Below are positions 63,839 to 64,000 of a stretch of DNA of 64,000 nucleotides, piece by piece; within the stretch, counting starts at the first letter, position 1, and each line of letters opens with the position of its first letter. Below the pieces are notes generated by a model. The model was not told where the DNA came from. It saw only the letters and a program-made list of their open reading frames with translations, and ran no database searches. The stretch is taken from assembly GCF_006345805.1 (NCBI RefSeq), contig NC_042997.1, forward strand, positions 38,688,001 through 38,752,000. The letters are read 5' to 3'. This stretch comes from Octopus sinensis. Taxonomy: Eukaryota. The translations under genes and the position numbers were made by a program.

Positions 63839-64000
63839 TGTCTTTTTTACCTCTACTACTGGTGGACTCTGCCACTCCGAGTTATTTCTTCGCGTGCCAC
63901 CTTCGTTCAGGTGCCTGCGTTCAGGCCCCTTTTTTCAAGCTCTCTCGACTCACTCTTACGTCTCGTCTCACTAACCAGTATGCCACACTAACCAATATAA

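Overview
AT-rich, repeat-saturated eukaryotic DNA that reads mostly as intron. The SINE families and the heavy (TA)n/(GATA)n/(ATT)n/(TACA)n load suggest an octopus or other coleoid cephalopod (inference, not searched). No complete protein-coding gene is present, and nearly all ORF-track entries are translated microsatellites or SINEs. What can be supported: (i) dozens of tRNA-derived SINEs of at least 4 module types, several with clear target-site duplications (TSDs); (ii) Tc1/mariner material, including one full-length but disrupted Tc1-type element with DD36E catalytic spacing, two fold-back elements built from two left ends, and several MITEs; (iii) R4/Dong-like non-LTR fragments and an unclassified ~550 bp repeat clustered in (TAA)n arrays at 20.6-29 kb; (iv) Penelope-like (TA)n-flanked fragments carrying minimal type I hammerhead ribozyme motifs, one with a G3:C8 swapped core, which is the most interesting signal; (v) local duplications and tandem arrays; (vi) a few candidate + strand exons, the best encoding a peptide with six N-glycosylation sequons; (vii) a 100-N assembly gap. 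All calls are by eye and many repeat boundaries are approximate.
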